Counted from the first letter of the whole stretch, positions 12,371 through 25,703 are shown. The stretch: DNA of 63,652 nt, filler included, from Basidiobolus ranarum (GCA_040143965.1; 23 parts of 23 records of this genome joined end to end with filler, not necessarily neighbours in it); one strand, 5' to 3'. The notes: generated from the letters alone by a model not told the origin. Program-made: numbers and translations.

Positions 12371-13816
12371 ATGTCTAAAGCTGTCGGAATTGATTTAGGC
12401 ACCACTTACTCTTGTGTCGGCGTATGGCAAAATGATCGTGTTGAGATCATTGCCAACGACCAAGGTAATAGAACCACTCCATCCTACGTCGCCTTCAATG
12501 ACTCAGAGCGTCTCATTGGTGATGCTGCCAAAAATCAAGTCGCTATGAACCCCACCAACAGCGTCTTCGATGCCAAACGTCTCATCGGCCGCCGTTTCAA
12601 CGATACTGAAGTCCAATCCGATATGAAACACTGGCCTTTCAAGGTTGTCGACAAAGATACCAAACCTTTAATCCAAGTCGAGTACAAGGGAGAGACTAAA
12701 ACCTTCACCCCTGAAGAAATCTCTTCCATGATTTTGTTAAAGATGAAGGAGACTGCCGAAGCTTATCTCGGCACTGAAGTCAAGAACGCTGTGGTCACTG
12801 TTCCAGCCTACTTTAACGACTCGCAACGTCAAGCCACTAAGGATGCTGGTGCTATCGCTGGTATGAATGTTCTCCGTATCATTAATGAACCCACTGCCGC
12901 CGCCATTGCCTACGGTCTTGATCAAAAATCTAGTGGAGAGAAAAACGTTCTCATCTTCGACCTTGGTGGTGGCACCTTTGATGTTTCTCTCTTAACCATT
13001 GAGGATGGTATTTTCGAAGTCAAGGCTACTGCAGGTGATACTCACTTGGGTGGAGAAGATTTTGACAACCGTCTTGTCAACCACTTTGCCGAAGAGTTTA
13101 AACGTAAGAACAAGAAGGATTTATCTGGCAATCCTCGTGCTCTCCGTCGTCTCAGAACTGCTTGCGAACGTGCCAAAAGAACTCTCTCATCTGCCGCTCA
13201 AACTTCTATCGAGATTGACTCCCTATTCGAAGGTGTTGATTTCTACACTTCCTTGACCCGTGCCAGATTCGAAGAACTTTGCCAAGACTTATTCCGCTCT
13301 ACTATGGATCCTGTTGAGAAGGTTCTTCGTGATTCAAAGATTGACAAAGCTAACGTTCACGAGATCGTTCTCGTTGGTGGATCTACTCGTATTCCTAAAA
13401 TTCAAAAACTCGTTTCTGACTACTTCAATGGTAAGGAACCCAACAAATCCATCAACCCCGATGAGGCTGTTGCCTACGGAGCTGCTGTTCAAGCAGCTAT
13501 ATTGTCTGGAGATACTTCTGAGAAGACCCAAGACTTACTGTTACTCGATGTCGCTCCACTCTCATTGGGTATTGAGACTGCTGGTGGAGTAATGACCCCA
13601 TTGATCAAGAGAAATACCACTGTTCCTACCAAGAAGTCCGAGACTTTCTCTACCTATGCTGATAATCAACCTGGCGTATTGATTCAAGTGTTTGAGGGTG
13701 AACGCGCCCGTACCAAGGACAATAATATTCTTGGCAAGTTCGAACTCTCTGGAATTCCTCCAGCCCCTCGTGGAGTTCCCCAAATTGAGGTTACTTTTGA
13801 TGTTGACGCCAACGGT
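12371..13816 (+). CDS. HSP70: Cytosolic Hsp70 (SSA type), intronless, 3' end cut by contig end
   Basis: [46 protein letters not shown] signatures. Confidence 0.99.
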
Positions 13817-13916
13817 NNNNNNNNNNNNNNNNNNNNNNNNNNNNNNNNNNNNNNNNNNNNTTAATTAATTAANNNNNNNNNNNNNNNNNNNNNNNNNNNN
13901 NNNNNNNNNNNNNNNN

Positions 13917-14580
13917 TTTAGGAAAGCTGCAAGACAGACTTCTTGGTCAGATAGCTTCAGATATGCAGCATTATTGTTTTATTGACACATCAACTAGTGG
14001 CAGGACATTTGTTGGCTGCAAGTTAGGGATAAAATGGCTGAATTCTTTACGGAAATTTGCCAAAATCCAAGAGCTTATTCTCATTGTGAATGGTAACAAG
14101 ATTCAGCTATTTGCCAAGTTTTAGTGCTATCAAAAATTTCAGATGTTTAGCAACTTTTCCACAGTTAGTTTGCTGGTAAAGCATATTGATGTTGTTGAGT
14201 TACATCTGATCAGTCAAGTATGAGCCTATGTAGAGACTAAACACACAAGACTCTGTTATTTTTTGATTCTCATTATGGCCAGAAAGCAAAGCCTAAAATA
14301 TCTAAATCAAGGCATGCATTTTAATTCCAATCTTTTAAAGCAGTAAACCTATTGATTTAGCATTTAAAAAATAGATTTTTGCCACAATTGCTGGAAATTA
14401 AATAATCCATGCTAAATGTGATGCTCAATATTTTAACATATATATATACTGTCAAAATACCATTACAAAGCCACCATTTCACCATCAATATCCCAGGATG
14501 AGTGCAACCCACCAATATTTTGATGGTTCTCTGATGGTTATGTGATCCAGAAAGATGGACCCAACCCAGATCAAATTGAT
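13917..14580 (+). mobile_element. 3' region of the CACTA/Tnp2-like element
   Basis: Homologous to 4150-4720. Confidence 0.7.
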
Positions 14581-14589
14581 TTTTTTTTT

Positions 14590-15860
14590 TTTAATTTTGA
14601 TTTGGTCAAATTTTATCAAGCTCTGTTGATATGTACTCTCCATCATTGTGTGTTCTTAGAGCCTTAGTTGTCTTGCCTGTTTCATTCTCTACTGCAGCTT
14701 TAAATTTCCAGAATACTTCTAGACTTTGACTCTTGTGCATTACAAGATAAACTAATGTCATTCTTAACAAGTCATTAGTAAAGTGATTGCTGTATTGTGC
14801 ACTACCAAGTGAGTTATTTTTCATAGGTCCACATTGATCAGAATGAAAGTGTCCTAGCATTTCATTGGATCTCGTAACTCCATCTTTCAGAAAGGATTTA
14901 CATGTTGTTTCCCATTTAAACATCCTGCACAAAATTCTTGAGTGGCAGAGTTTCTTAGTTCAAGTCCTAAGTCCATTTCCTTGTCTTGGAGTGCTTTCAG
15001 GCTTTGTGGCCCAGATAAACAAAGGGGTAATGACACAATGATAACTTGTTCAGAGTGTCTTCAGCTAAGTGCATATATTCAGAGTTCCTTACTGTAGTAT
15101 CCAGGCAGTAGAGATCTTGATTCCATGTTCCTCAGCAATTGCTGTAATGCACCAGTCACTCTTCACAATATAGCACTTCACTTTAGAGAACTTAACTTGA
15201 CACCCTTCAGTTATAACTCTAGAAACAGGTTCTTTGCAATTCCAGGAACAGGAAGTATATCAGCTTGAAATAATCCCTTACCTTCCAGTTGTTCACATGA
15301 TGATATTGAGTGTGCCATCCCAAAATTGACCAGTTGATTGCTAAACTGCCCCTCAATGTGTTGGCCCATTATAGCATCATCATATTATGATGTTGCTGGA
15401 TCCTGATGTAGAAATTTGATCAGTAATGAGCAAAAAATATATTACTTATTTGATCTATCAAAATAAGCTTGATTACAGGTGTATTTCCATCAATAAGCTT
15501 CAGTCTAGTTTTAGTGAATACAATACTAGCAAATTTGGTCTCCTAAAATTCTTAGCTACTCAAAAATTAAAATACACTAATCTGTCCTAACTAACCCAAA
15601 TTTTGTTTGTTTCAGGTTTAGAGATATAAACTATCACTAAATTGGATCTATTTGAAGGTTGCATATATGCAAAATAATGCAAAGAGCTATTTTGAAGCTC
15701 TAGGGAGATCAAATCCACTCAGAATTTCTCCCTCCTTCATTTAGACCTATATAAGCACATGAAACATCTGTCAATGGGCAGCAACTGGTTATGACATTTA
15801 CTGATGATAAAGCAAGATACACTAGGGTATTCTTTCTTAAATCCCAATTTGAGCCTTTAG
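14590..15860. mobile_element. Degenerate copia GAG-pre-integrase/integrase fragments (both orientations)
   Basis: 'HSDQCGPM...SLGSAQY...F..D..RMT.VY....KSQ.LEVF.KFKA.VENETGK..KALRT.N.GEY'. Confidence 0.85.
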
Positions 15861-15871
15861 CTAGGTAAAAG

Positions 15872-16150
15872 TGTTGAGGGGATTGGGTGGTGTTTTGGGC
15901 AAGATTTGGATTTATGAGTTAGACACTTAAGTTTTATTGAATAGAATAGGTCCTATTTATAGCTTAGCATGAGGTAGGACTATTGCATGCACTCAGACCA
16001 TAACATGCATGCCTGTAAAGCATGGGTTGAATTTGACCTGTTTGGACAAGTTTTGAGAACATAGTGAAAATTGGTAAAAGTACTCTAATTGATCAGAATA
16101 TGAACAAGCCAACTATTAAAGAATGAGTAGCTATTTACCTAATTTCAATA
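15872..16150 (-). repeat. LTR family D; second copy about 58545-58887 inserted in the Tnp2 element
   Basis: Two homologous copies with TG...CA-type ends; purine tract adjacent at 16151-16160. Confidence 0.6.
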
Positions 16151-16696
16151 TTCCCTCTCAAGTAATTAATTCATAAAACTTGTTCCATTTTATTGTGCAA
16201 AATTAGGCCAGCTAAAAAGTGTGCCAGCACAAATTGGCATGATTGGGCACTATCTGGCATGATGTTATTTACCATTTTGGAAACAGTTAATTTTACTTGT
16301 GTGGTATATTTAAGAAAAGTACTTTTAGACATTATTACACATTCAAAAGATGATGAAAGCTTTATTGATAGTGTCTTAAGTCTAGAACTCTCAATGGATA
16401 TCTTTGAGTATGAATGTATTGAGAATCAACCAAGATTTTGACCACTTTGCCTAACTTGGATTGAGGCCCACAAAATGATTTTCCTCTATACTTTCCTGCT
16501 ACAATGCTCTATCTCTTTAGGAAACCAAAGCTGTGTTCTAATCTTGCTCTAAAATGGGAAAAAATGTCATTGTTAAACTTTTGCTTCTCTGAGAGTNNNN
16601 NNNNNNNNNNNNNNNNNNNNNNNNNNNNNNNNNNNNNNNNTTAATTAATTAANNNNNNNNNNNNNNNNNNNNNNNNNNNNNNNNNNNNNNNNNNNN

Positions 16697-16950
16697 CTGG
16701 GATTAAGATACACATATTCTTATGAGAATAAGGATCTAATTAGGTTTTGTGATGCAGATTGGGGATGTGATATTGAGGACAGAAGATCTATCACTGTATA
16801 TACCTTTATCAATAGTGAAACAGCCATATCTTGGAATAGCAAGAAACAACCCACCATAGCACTTTCAATAACTGAAGCAGAATACATGGTAGCATTACAT
16901 ACAATGAAGGAGGCTATGTGGTTAAGGAAACTGTTCAAAGACCTGGGCAT
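16697..16950 (+). mobile_element. Copia RNase H fragment
   Basis: 'GFCDADWG.DIEDRRS.T.Y.F....AISWNSKKQPTIALS.TEAEY'. Confidence 0.9.
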
Positions 16951-17076
16951 TTTTCAAAGTTCCTCCAAACAGCCCATATTTTCTCAATAGTGCCATCCCA
17001 TTTTTCAGAAGAGGGAATAGTTCCATAGATTTGAGAAGTAGACATTACACAGAGTGCAAGTGTGGGGTTCATAACC

Positions 17077-17426
17077 TGTTGAAGTATTTGGGAGCCTGTT
17101 GGAAGTGGTTTGGAGAATTAGAGGAATTGGTGGTTTTCACTTATTAATTTATTGAGTAGAAAGATGTTGACATTTATAGGTTTGTCAAAATATCAACAAA
17201 CTCACATGTAGATTATGTTAAGAAAGGTCCCAGGAACATGTGCGCAAAGTTTGGGACTTCTAGCACAAGTTTGAAAAATCCATATATCTGTGAATTTCCA
17301 AGTTGGTAAAAATATATAAAGTACATTCCAATTTAGAATAATGGTTAATATCTTGGCAAATTATAAGATAACTCAGTACTAAGCTATATGTGACTATATA
17401 AGGGCTTAGGCAATGCTAATTTCAAC
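17077..17426 (-). repeat. Copia LTR family A (TGTTGAAATTAGCATTGCC...TTCAACA); copies near 18313-18520, 22967-23050, 32506-32900, 33095-33241, 35500-35836, 49320-49663, 60997-61090, 61572-61917
   Basis: About 350-nt repeat with TG..CA ends; followed on the minus strand by a GGTTATGA(A/G)CCC-type PBS; PPT at 49664 and 61918. Confidence 0.85.
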
Positions 17427-17439
17427 AAATACTACTGCT

Positions 17440-18312
17440 AAAAAAATGGTGTGACTTTTGGTATGCCAAAACAAGCATTTGTTGCTTTAATTTTGTAAAC
17501 AGTAATAAGTACCCACATTCTATTCAGGAGTATTGCAATACTAACATAGATTAGCAAGCAAACAACCTGTTTTGCTTTGTTGCAGAAACAAGCAGGACTT
17601 GCACCAAGTACAGCTGAGTTACTAGACTTTCAGGAGAAATTGCATGAAAAATGGCACTACATTGTAGGTGGTATTGCTTATTTGTAGCTGGAAATCAAAT
17701 TTCTCCCATATGGTGATGGGATTCCAACGGCAAATCAGAATCAAGTGAGAATTTGTAAATATTTTGCAGGTATTTCATCTTGCATTTCTCAGAGGATCCA
17801 GGAATCTGCAAATATACAATTTAAGGTCACATTTAGTTCTGATTTCTAGAGACAATACTGAGCTCTGAAACTTGTCTTCAGGCTATTTGGCAGTAGAACG
17901 ACAATATCATGATGAGCTGTAATCACTCCAATGCAATGCATTTCATCCACTAAATATGTGCCTTGATTTATTTCGTGATTATTTGATATCTCCTGGTTTC
18001 AGTTTTAAGTAACCAACAGGTCTGCAGGGAACCACCTTATTAGAAGCAAAAAATTTTTGGAAGATATATTCTTGGGCTTTCTATACCTGGCTGGCAGTTT
18101 TGGCTCTTGAACATTGAATTTACAATTTGTCTCTAATATTCAGGCAAATTGTATTCAAGGTACCTTGTTCTTCTTTAACCTGGATTAAAACTTTGGTTGC
18201 AGACAGCTTGGGAATTCTTTCTTCATATGCAACAGCATCTCAAGGTTCTTTCTCTCGCAGCAGCATTGTCATTGTAATCTTGAAAACTTGATAGTTGGTT
18301 CTGTACTCAACC
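17440..18312 (-). mobile_element. Degenerate copia gag-protease; related copy about 34600-35480 (+)
   Basis: 'AKTASQV*KA.E.IF' gag-like block, downstream of an LTR-A and PBS. Confidence 0.55.
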
Positions 18313-19262
18313 TGTTAAGCTATTTTGGGAGTTTGTTGGAAGTGGCTTTTCAAACTGGAAGAATTTGTGGTTTCACTTATTGATTCGTTGAGTAGAAAGT
18401 TGACATTTATGGAGATGCCAAAATGTAAGCTATCAGACCTCAAGAATGTGTCAAGGTATGTCCGATGAATATGTAAGCAAAGTTTAGGGCTTTTGGCACA
18501 AGCTTGAAATTTGAACTTACTAAGTTATTTACAAACACTTCGGAATATTAAAGAATGGTTGGTATTTTTATTAGCTTAAGGTTTCGTGTGACTAGAGTAT
18601 ATCCTGCTCCCAGATATTCACTCGATATTTATCTCTCATAAGATAACTCTCTGTTAGCAGGTCTATTAAACTAGAGTTGAATCAGTAAAAATAAATTTAT
18701 TCTGTTACTAATCAATATCTTAGTGCAAGTGTATTAAGAACTTACAGAGAACGGGTTTTGTGCCCAAGACAATATCGAAAACTCTAACGAATCCATGAAA
18801 GTATTTGACACATTTGCAAAAGGTAAATAGAAGCTTGAGTTTAAGCTTAAAGTACCATGTTCACCTGGGTCAAATGGTAATTGGATGCTATGCTGCAAAT
18901 GAGATTAGAAAAACCTCAGTACAAAAATTCAGTTCTACATAACGCATAGTTATATCAGTACTCCAAAGATACCATAGCAATTATACTAATGTTAAATCAT
19001 CTTAATGCTTTTCCAATATCTGGGAGAGGCACACATTATCCAACCTATATATTCGAAACAATTCTCATGAGGATACAATAGCAACACATACAGATCATTC
19101 ATGTACATATACACCCTTAATCTATATAATCGAACAAGCGTCTGGTATATATGATAATACAAATCCACTTAGTCTTCTTACACAGGTTAATGACTTTTAT
19201 TTATAGTGATTTATGACTAAAATATGCAGTGGAATATCCAAGAATTTTGAACCAAAATTAAA

Positions 19263-19373
19263 TTAAGCCTTGGAAGCGGCAGCCTTAAGACCAGCTTCAA
19301 TGCGACGTCCATACTCGACATCAGCACGCTTGAAGTGCTGTACTTGAAGTGCTTGGATCTCCTTCTTGGCATT
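19263..19373 (-). CDS. Catalase (small-subunit type), C-terminal 36 aa
   Basis: NAKKEIQALQVQHFKRADVEYGRRIEAGLKAAASKA* matches the catalase C-terminal helix motif. Confidence 0.85.
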   Translation of the reverse strand, partial: NAKKEIQALQVQHFKRADVEYGRRIEAGLKAAASKA

Positions 19374-20559
19374 NNNNNNNNNNNNNNNNNNNNNNNNNNN
19401 NNNNNNNNNNNNNNNNNTTAATTAATTAANNNNNNNNNNNNNNNNNNNNNNNNNNNNNNNNNNNNNNNNNNNNTGTTTCCAAAATGGTAAATAACATTGT
19501 GCCAGATAGTGCCCAATCATGCCAATTTGTGCTGGCACACTTTTTAGCTGGCCTGATCTGGCTCAATAAAATGGAACAAGTCTACTATTTAGCACATCAT
19601 CCAAAAGAAATATGGATTGCAGTTGAATACAGCATAAATTGCTTTAGTTAGATCAAAATTGCTTATGTCATTTTGAAACACTGATAGCATGAAGTCATCA
19701 TATATCAAAAAATTCAATGATAGCCTATTAATATAAGCAATTTCACTATATTTAAATGAAAAATGCCTGTCAGCAAAAAGCTTGTGTAGCCTTATTGGCT
19801 TGATATGGCCCAATCCATTCACATTCTCACCCAATTAGAAGTCTACATGATTGAAATAATAGTTTGCTGATCTAAAAGTGATGAATAAAGCAATCCTGAT
19901 CATTGCTATCATATTGTAGATCAATCTGTCTTCAAGTGCTGGGATTTGTGACTGGTGTGCCAAAACCACTGATGTTTCATAATTCAGGAGCCATTGGGCC
20001 CAATTGAAGAGCAGGATATTGTGTGAGTGAGAGGCAAATGATTGGCCTAAAAACATGTGAATATCTTAGTTATACATTTGATTGGGAAAGTTACAGTATA
20101 AATTGTTTGTTGTGACACATTGATTAATTGGTAAGTAACAAACTAAGAGATGAACTTACATTGTCAGTTATCCAAAATCTTAATTTGGCAATACTAAATT
20201 GGGTAATTTGGTATGGGCCAGCACAATATCTCCAAAAAAATCATTGTGTCTGATTGAGGTGGGATAGTGCCATATTGTTCCTGATAGTGTCTGATCAAGT
20301 GTTATAGGACCTAGCCATGGTAGCTGGCAGAGTGCACCAGATGGTGTGTTAGCAGGCTAGATCAAGCAACACAATCTGACCTGGTCCAATGTAACAAGTC
20401 TATAGTAGATCACCTGATAGTATTATGAGCATATTCCATGAAAGGTCAGATTATCATATACCTACCCTTCTATTTTGTCACATGATCATATCAAAAATGC
20501 CACCCAAACATGTATAAGCTGATAGCTGTGCCACTCCAGAATGTCTTTGCCCATTACTA

Positions 20560-22148
20560 TGCTACCCCATTATGATGTAGCCATAACTTGATATAGTAAT
20601 TAGATTAGTAACCAGCAGATGAGTCTTTCTATCTGATACATCGGTTTGGGTATAAACTCAGGAATCTCTCCCTTGATGAACTTCAGTCCAGTTTTAGTGA
20701 ATACAATACTAGCTTACTCAACCCTCCATAATTCCTAGATATTTAAAAATTTTAACAATTGCATGGTCAATGGAAACAAGAATCCAACAGTTGCTTCTTC
20801 TGGTAGTGTGTGATCTTGCTGTGAAATTAATTCTCCATGCTTCCAGTGGCTCTATTAGCTACAAAGGGACTAGCACTGCTTACATCTGAGTTTGACTCTG
20901 ATTAATTTAACCACTATGGCAAGTCTTAACCAGCTTCTCTGTGTCATTCTTCTTCTCAGGCACCAGGCTCTGATCTTGAATATGCTGAGAGTTCCTTCAA
21001 TATCCAGATGTCCACAGCCATATGTGGCTTTTGAGCTAAGTCCAGTTGGTTGGGATCAGGGCAGTAAGGTACTGGCTGGTCATCAACAATGCAGTAGGGA
21101 GTTTTTTCAGGTATAGCAAATTTTCTGCTTCCTAACCAATTATATTTGTAATTCCTCCCCAACTGGTTTTGAGAATATTTGGTCCTCTAAAGCTCAGGAT
21201 ACCAGACCATGCTTATTTAATTCTTTAACAATATTAATTTCCTTTGGTTTATCAACTTGAAGCCAAGTATTTGTTACTAAATTCACTTTTTAGGAAAAAA
21301 GTTGATATCAAAGTTTAACTTTTGCAGGTACTCACCCCATTGTGTCATTCTTCTTCCTGTCACTTTTTGTGTGCCAACAAGATTTGGAGAAGCATGGTTT
21401 ATCTTCACTATAGTTTAACTCCTTCTATACAACATCTCCAAACTTTGGGGAAATAGATATTGTGAGAATATTCTTTTCAGAACTGAGTATTTCTGTTCAG
21501 CACTGTTGATCTTCTTGTACCCTAAGGAAACTGGGTATTATGCATCATGGTAAATCTGGCTATGAACTTCTTCTAGAGCATAATCTGAGTCATCAGTAGT
21601 GAGAATGCATGGCTAGTTGAAGTCTGGATTCTTGAAGGTAGGTAACTTTGCTAGTGCACCTTGCATAGATTGGAAAGCAATTTTACATGGACAGAACCAA
21701 GTCATGATTCTTTCCTTCTTGAATGGTTTGGTTGATGGGGCCAATATGGAGGCAAACTTCTCAACAAAACTTTTGCAATAGGAAACTAAGCCTAAGAATG
21801 GCCTGAATTCTGATAGAGCAGTTGGCTGCTTCCAATTCTGAATTACTTCAACTTTTCTGGGTTTCATAGCTTTTTCCAAACTCTGAATGATGTATTTGGA
21901 AATTCAACTTGGTGCTTCAAGAATTCCCATCTGCAGAGTTTTCAACAGAGTTGGCTTGCTTGGAGTGTCTTGAAGACTCTGCTCACTTGTAGTACATGTT
22001 CTTCCTGATTCTTACTATAGATTGGGAAGTCAACTAAGTAAGTAATGACAAGCTTGTTGAAATAGTTGGCAAAGAATCTCTGTATAAATATGATAAATGT
22101 AGCCAGTACACTAGTCTATCTGAAGCTCATCTTAAGATAGTCTTGAAG
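20560..22148 (-). mobile_element. Degenerate Ty3/gypsy RT-RNase H-integrase
   Basis: 'KVEVIQNWKQP....R.FLGL.SY...FVEKFASI.AP', integrase-like 'WILV.IDH'. Confidence 0.8.
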
Positions 22149-22669
22149 NNNNNNNNNNNNNNNNNNNNNNNNNNNNNNNNNNNNNNNNNNNNTTAATTAA
22201 TTAANNNNNNNNNNNNNNNNNNNNNNNNNNNNNNNNNNNNNNNNNNNNGTTTATCATTCTTGCTAACTAGTCACCTGACCTTATCCAGTGACTTTATCAT
22301 TTGACCTATCACCTGACTAACTATCTATTTGCTTATCCCTTCTATCAGATCATATGACCAATCACATGATCATTAACCAATCAGTATTAACCTCTGAGTC
22401 ATCTGCCTAGACACAAATCAATATGAGTCACAAGATTCATAACCAATGATCTTTCACTGCCAAGACTTCAGCAGATGCATGGCTCACTTATCTATCTATC
22501 TATCTATCCAATCACAATTTCTTTTATCAGAATTAGTCATCTAATATTTTGGCACTGACTGATAGACTTTGCTATCAAAAAATATAAATAAAGCTAACTG
22601 AACCTTTTGGCTTAGTGTATGTCTCAATGAAAATAGGATCTCAACACTTCTCAGTGTTTGTCAACAATT

Positions 22670-22900
22670 AAATATTCCTCTCCCATTTCTATCCAAGCCT
22701 AGTATCCACTAGCACCTTCAGAACACCAAGCCTGGCTGCCCAGCAAACCTATTCTCTATTGTAACCTAGCAGCCCACTGCTATTCCCAAGATATATGTTA
22801 TATATGCTCTGCTGATATATCCTGCTAAAACAGTTCTAAGATTCTGCACTTAACTGTTTCTTTGGTGCAGTAAAGTTAAAGATTTTTTATCCACTTTTCT
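22670..22900. repeat. LTR-like repeat family C; homologous to about 46086-46265 and 51930-52030
   Basis: Shared CCAAAGAAACAGTTAAGTGCAGAATCTTAGAACTGTTT...TTGGGAATAGCAGTGGG block. Confidence 0.6.
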
Positions 22901-24720
22901 CTTGGACATAACAAGGATAGTGCTTAGCAGGAAAGGTGGTAAACAGAGATGAAGAATTGAAGGATTGTTGAAATTAGCATTGCCTAAACGTCTATATAGT
23001 CATATATAACTTAGTACTTAGTTATCTTGTAATTCACTAAGATACCATAAGACCATGTGGACAGAAAGCTAGAACAGTGGTCCCTGCAAAAGGAGTTCAG
23101 GATACCCAGTACTGATTACAAAGATTCTGCTGATAGTCTATCAAAGCAAGGTCAGGCATTTAAGCTTCAAGCATGGCAAGGCCAGGTCTTATATAATAAG
23201 GACAACTTAGAGGCATTTCTGGCAGAAGAGGGAGTTTGAAATCAATTAGATCAGGCAACAGGTATTCTTTATTGTGAGGAAAATGGGTAGTATTTCAAAA
23301 GAGTTCCTTTATTTAACTGTGCCCACTAATACTTATCCAATGTACTATTTTGCAAATGATGTAAAAAATAAGCTATTTATATGAATAATTTTGTATAGTG
23401 TGTATTAGTTAAAGAAGATAAACCAAGTGGTACATCAATCTTCTTGACCTGCTAATTTTTGAGTAATAATTATATGTTAATGAACAGTGTATGAGTTCAA
23501 TAAGTTTTGAGTGGCTGAACCGATTGCATTCTGGCATAGTTGTTCTTGATACTTGTGAGTTACTTCTTTATCATCTCTTCAGTTGCGATCTTGTTATTTT
23601 TTCCCTAATGGTCAATGCTAAACAAGATCTGTAGCATGGAATAACTTCTAATAGGTAGCCAAATACTCTTGCAAGCAGATCTATAAATCAATACCCTTAA
23701 GTTATCTAAAAGCTTTGCTAGGATTATTACTCTAATGGCTAGAATTCACCAAGATTTTACTAAGTATGCCTCTATACAAGGTACCTTCCATTGAGGTCAC
23801 TTTTGTTACAGCTCAAATAAGAATGGATCTTTTGTATATGATGCATATTTGATGGGCATTCCATGAACATCTGATGAGTTCATGTGACACACTCCATTCC
23901 CATTGTATTTGAATTTCTTTTCCAATTCCACACCTGGGAAATAACTTTAACCCTAAATCTAATGCCAATGATAATACAGGAGAAAGATGTTGCTAATTTC
24001 AGTCAAACAATTTCAGTGGAGCAGTTTTTACTTGGTAGAACGCATTTCTATTTTAGCTGTTCTTTTCCTAGAGAATTGGACTCAACCATCTTTACTGAGG
24101 ATTTGGAGTTTATTTAGTCGCATCACTTTGCTGTTTTTGATGAAATATGAACCAATGGGCAAAGATGTTATTCTCAATTAGCAAATAACGATAGAGGGGT
24201 TAATGTAGTCAGTTATCGCAATGCTACAATGAATGATATCAAAACACTGACACACAGCGTCTGTCATGTTTGAAATCTCCGATGACTTGGATACAAATGC
24301 TTGAAAAGTCCAAGTGCCAACATTGGCTTCCAATAGAGTCATCAGAGAAGATCCATTCCACATAATGTCTAGACCACAACCAAGACTGAGACCATCACCA
24401 CCGCCTCTAAATCAAGTAATGAATTTCTACTTAAGAGAATTGATTCATGCTCTCGACCAGAGTACATTATTGACCGTTTCCGACTTTCCAAGCTTTGTCT
24501 ACCTGTAGAAGTGAGTGAAATCTTTAGTGAAATGATGAGATATGATCAATAATACCCTTTATCTCGAGACTCTCAATACTAAGGGATACACTTCAAAGGC
24601 ATCTCTATAAAAATATTAACCTTTTGTTTACTATTAGTCCCGCTTTCATATTGTTACCATCACCATTTACCTCAATGTTTGAAAAAAAGAATTAATAACT
24701 AACCGAATTTACTTAATTTA

Positions 24721-24921
24721 TTATTTCTTTAGCATGATAGTGCAGCCTTGACCGAACATCTCTTCACTTAATAGGTTACAAGTACTCAATACTTTACAAT
24801 TGAAGTTCATGGGGACTTTGAAGGTGCAGCTAGTAGGGTTGTTAGCGCAAATCACTTGCAGGGTAGGTATGGGGTTACCAGGGCAATTCCACAAGTAAGA
24901 GACACCATTTTGAGTGGTTTG
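24721..24921 (-). CDS. Possible C-terminus of a small Cys-rich protein, cut by contig end
   Basis: Open frame QTTQNGVSYLWNCPGNPIPTLQVICANNPTSCTFKVPMNFNCKVLSTCNLLSEEMFGQGCTIMLKK*; no recognised family. Confidence 0.35.
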   Translation of the reverse strand, partial: QTTQNGVSYLWNCPGNPIPTLQVICANNPTSCTFKVPMNFNCKVLSTCNLLSEEMFGQGCTIMLKK

Positions 24922-25023
24922 GCNNNNNNNNNNNNNNNNNNNNNNNNNNNNNNNNNNNNNNNNNNNNTTAATTAATTAANNNNNNNNNNNNNNNNNNNNN
25001 NNNNNNNNNNNNNNNNNNNNNNN

Positions 25024-25353
25024 GCTTATGATGGAGGAGATGTGAAGAAATTCCACGACAGCAAGAAATACAAAGAAAGTGAAGAGAAAGAAGAGGGGGA
25101 TCAGAAATCACTTGATGGAGATTCTTATACAGATACTGCGAGTGACAACAACTACGAAAAAGACGACAATGAGGATGCCGATGAAGATTCTGATAAAGAT
25201 GAAGAGGACTCTGGTGAATATGAGGATTCCGATGAAAATGATAATGAGGATTCCGACGAAGATAAGGATGACGCTGAAAACGAATCAAAAGAAGATGAGG
25301 ACGATACTGGTGATTCTGATGATGATGAAAAGAGTGATACTGATGAAGAATAG
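25024..25353 (+). CDS. C-terminus of a protein with a long Asp/Glu-rich tail, convergent with PAF1
   Basis: Frame open from contig start to TAG; D/E low-complexity; AT-rich 3' UTR follows. Confidence 0.75.
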   Translation, partial: AYDGGDVKKFHDSKKYKESEEKEEGDQKSLDGDSYTDTASDNNYEKDDNEDADEDSDKDEEDSGEYEDSDENDNEDSDEDKDDAENESKEDEDDTGDSDDDEKSDTDEE

Positions 25354-25703
25354 CTAGAGCGGAACCAACCAACAAAAGCCATGAAGATTAAGAAATCTCA
25401 CCTTTACAAAAGTCACACTTCATCTCAATCATCATTGCTTTATTTATTATTAATAAAAAGACACATTCACCTACTTAAATCATTAATTACAAACTGGTGT
25501 TCTTTATTCAACGAAACAAAATAAATAATGACAAAGCACACCAATGTTTGTAGAAAGACGAACATTTGCCAAAGAGAATACGAAAAATCCGAGTTTATAC
25601 AAAGTGTTCAAGAACATCTAATCCCTAGAATAAGATACCAATACAATACAATACAAATTAGCCAAAGTTGAACAAAAATAGGGACGTGAAGAGGAGACAG
25701 TTC

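Noticed and set aside
12535-13783. Several short ORFs overlapping Hsp70
   Set aside because: Antisense or out-of-frame by-products of biased codon usage
14500-14550. CAC-type CACTA terminal inverted repeat
   Set aside because: Similarity with the copy at about 4650-4720 seems to continue past the candidate end, so no terminus can be defined
17650-17760. Helitron- or hAT-like peptide 'LICRWNPITIWEKF'
   Set aside because: Lies within a copia gag-protease region downstream of an LTR and PBS; off-frame coincidence
24968-25382. His-rich, Ser-rich and Met/Lys-rich ORFs
   Set aside because: Alternate-frame and antisense shadows of the Asp/Glu-rich coding sequence
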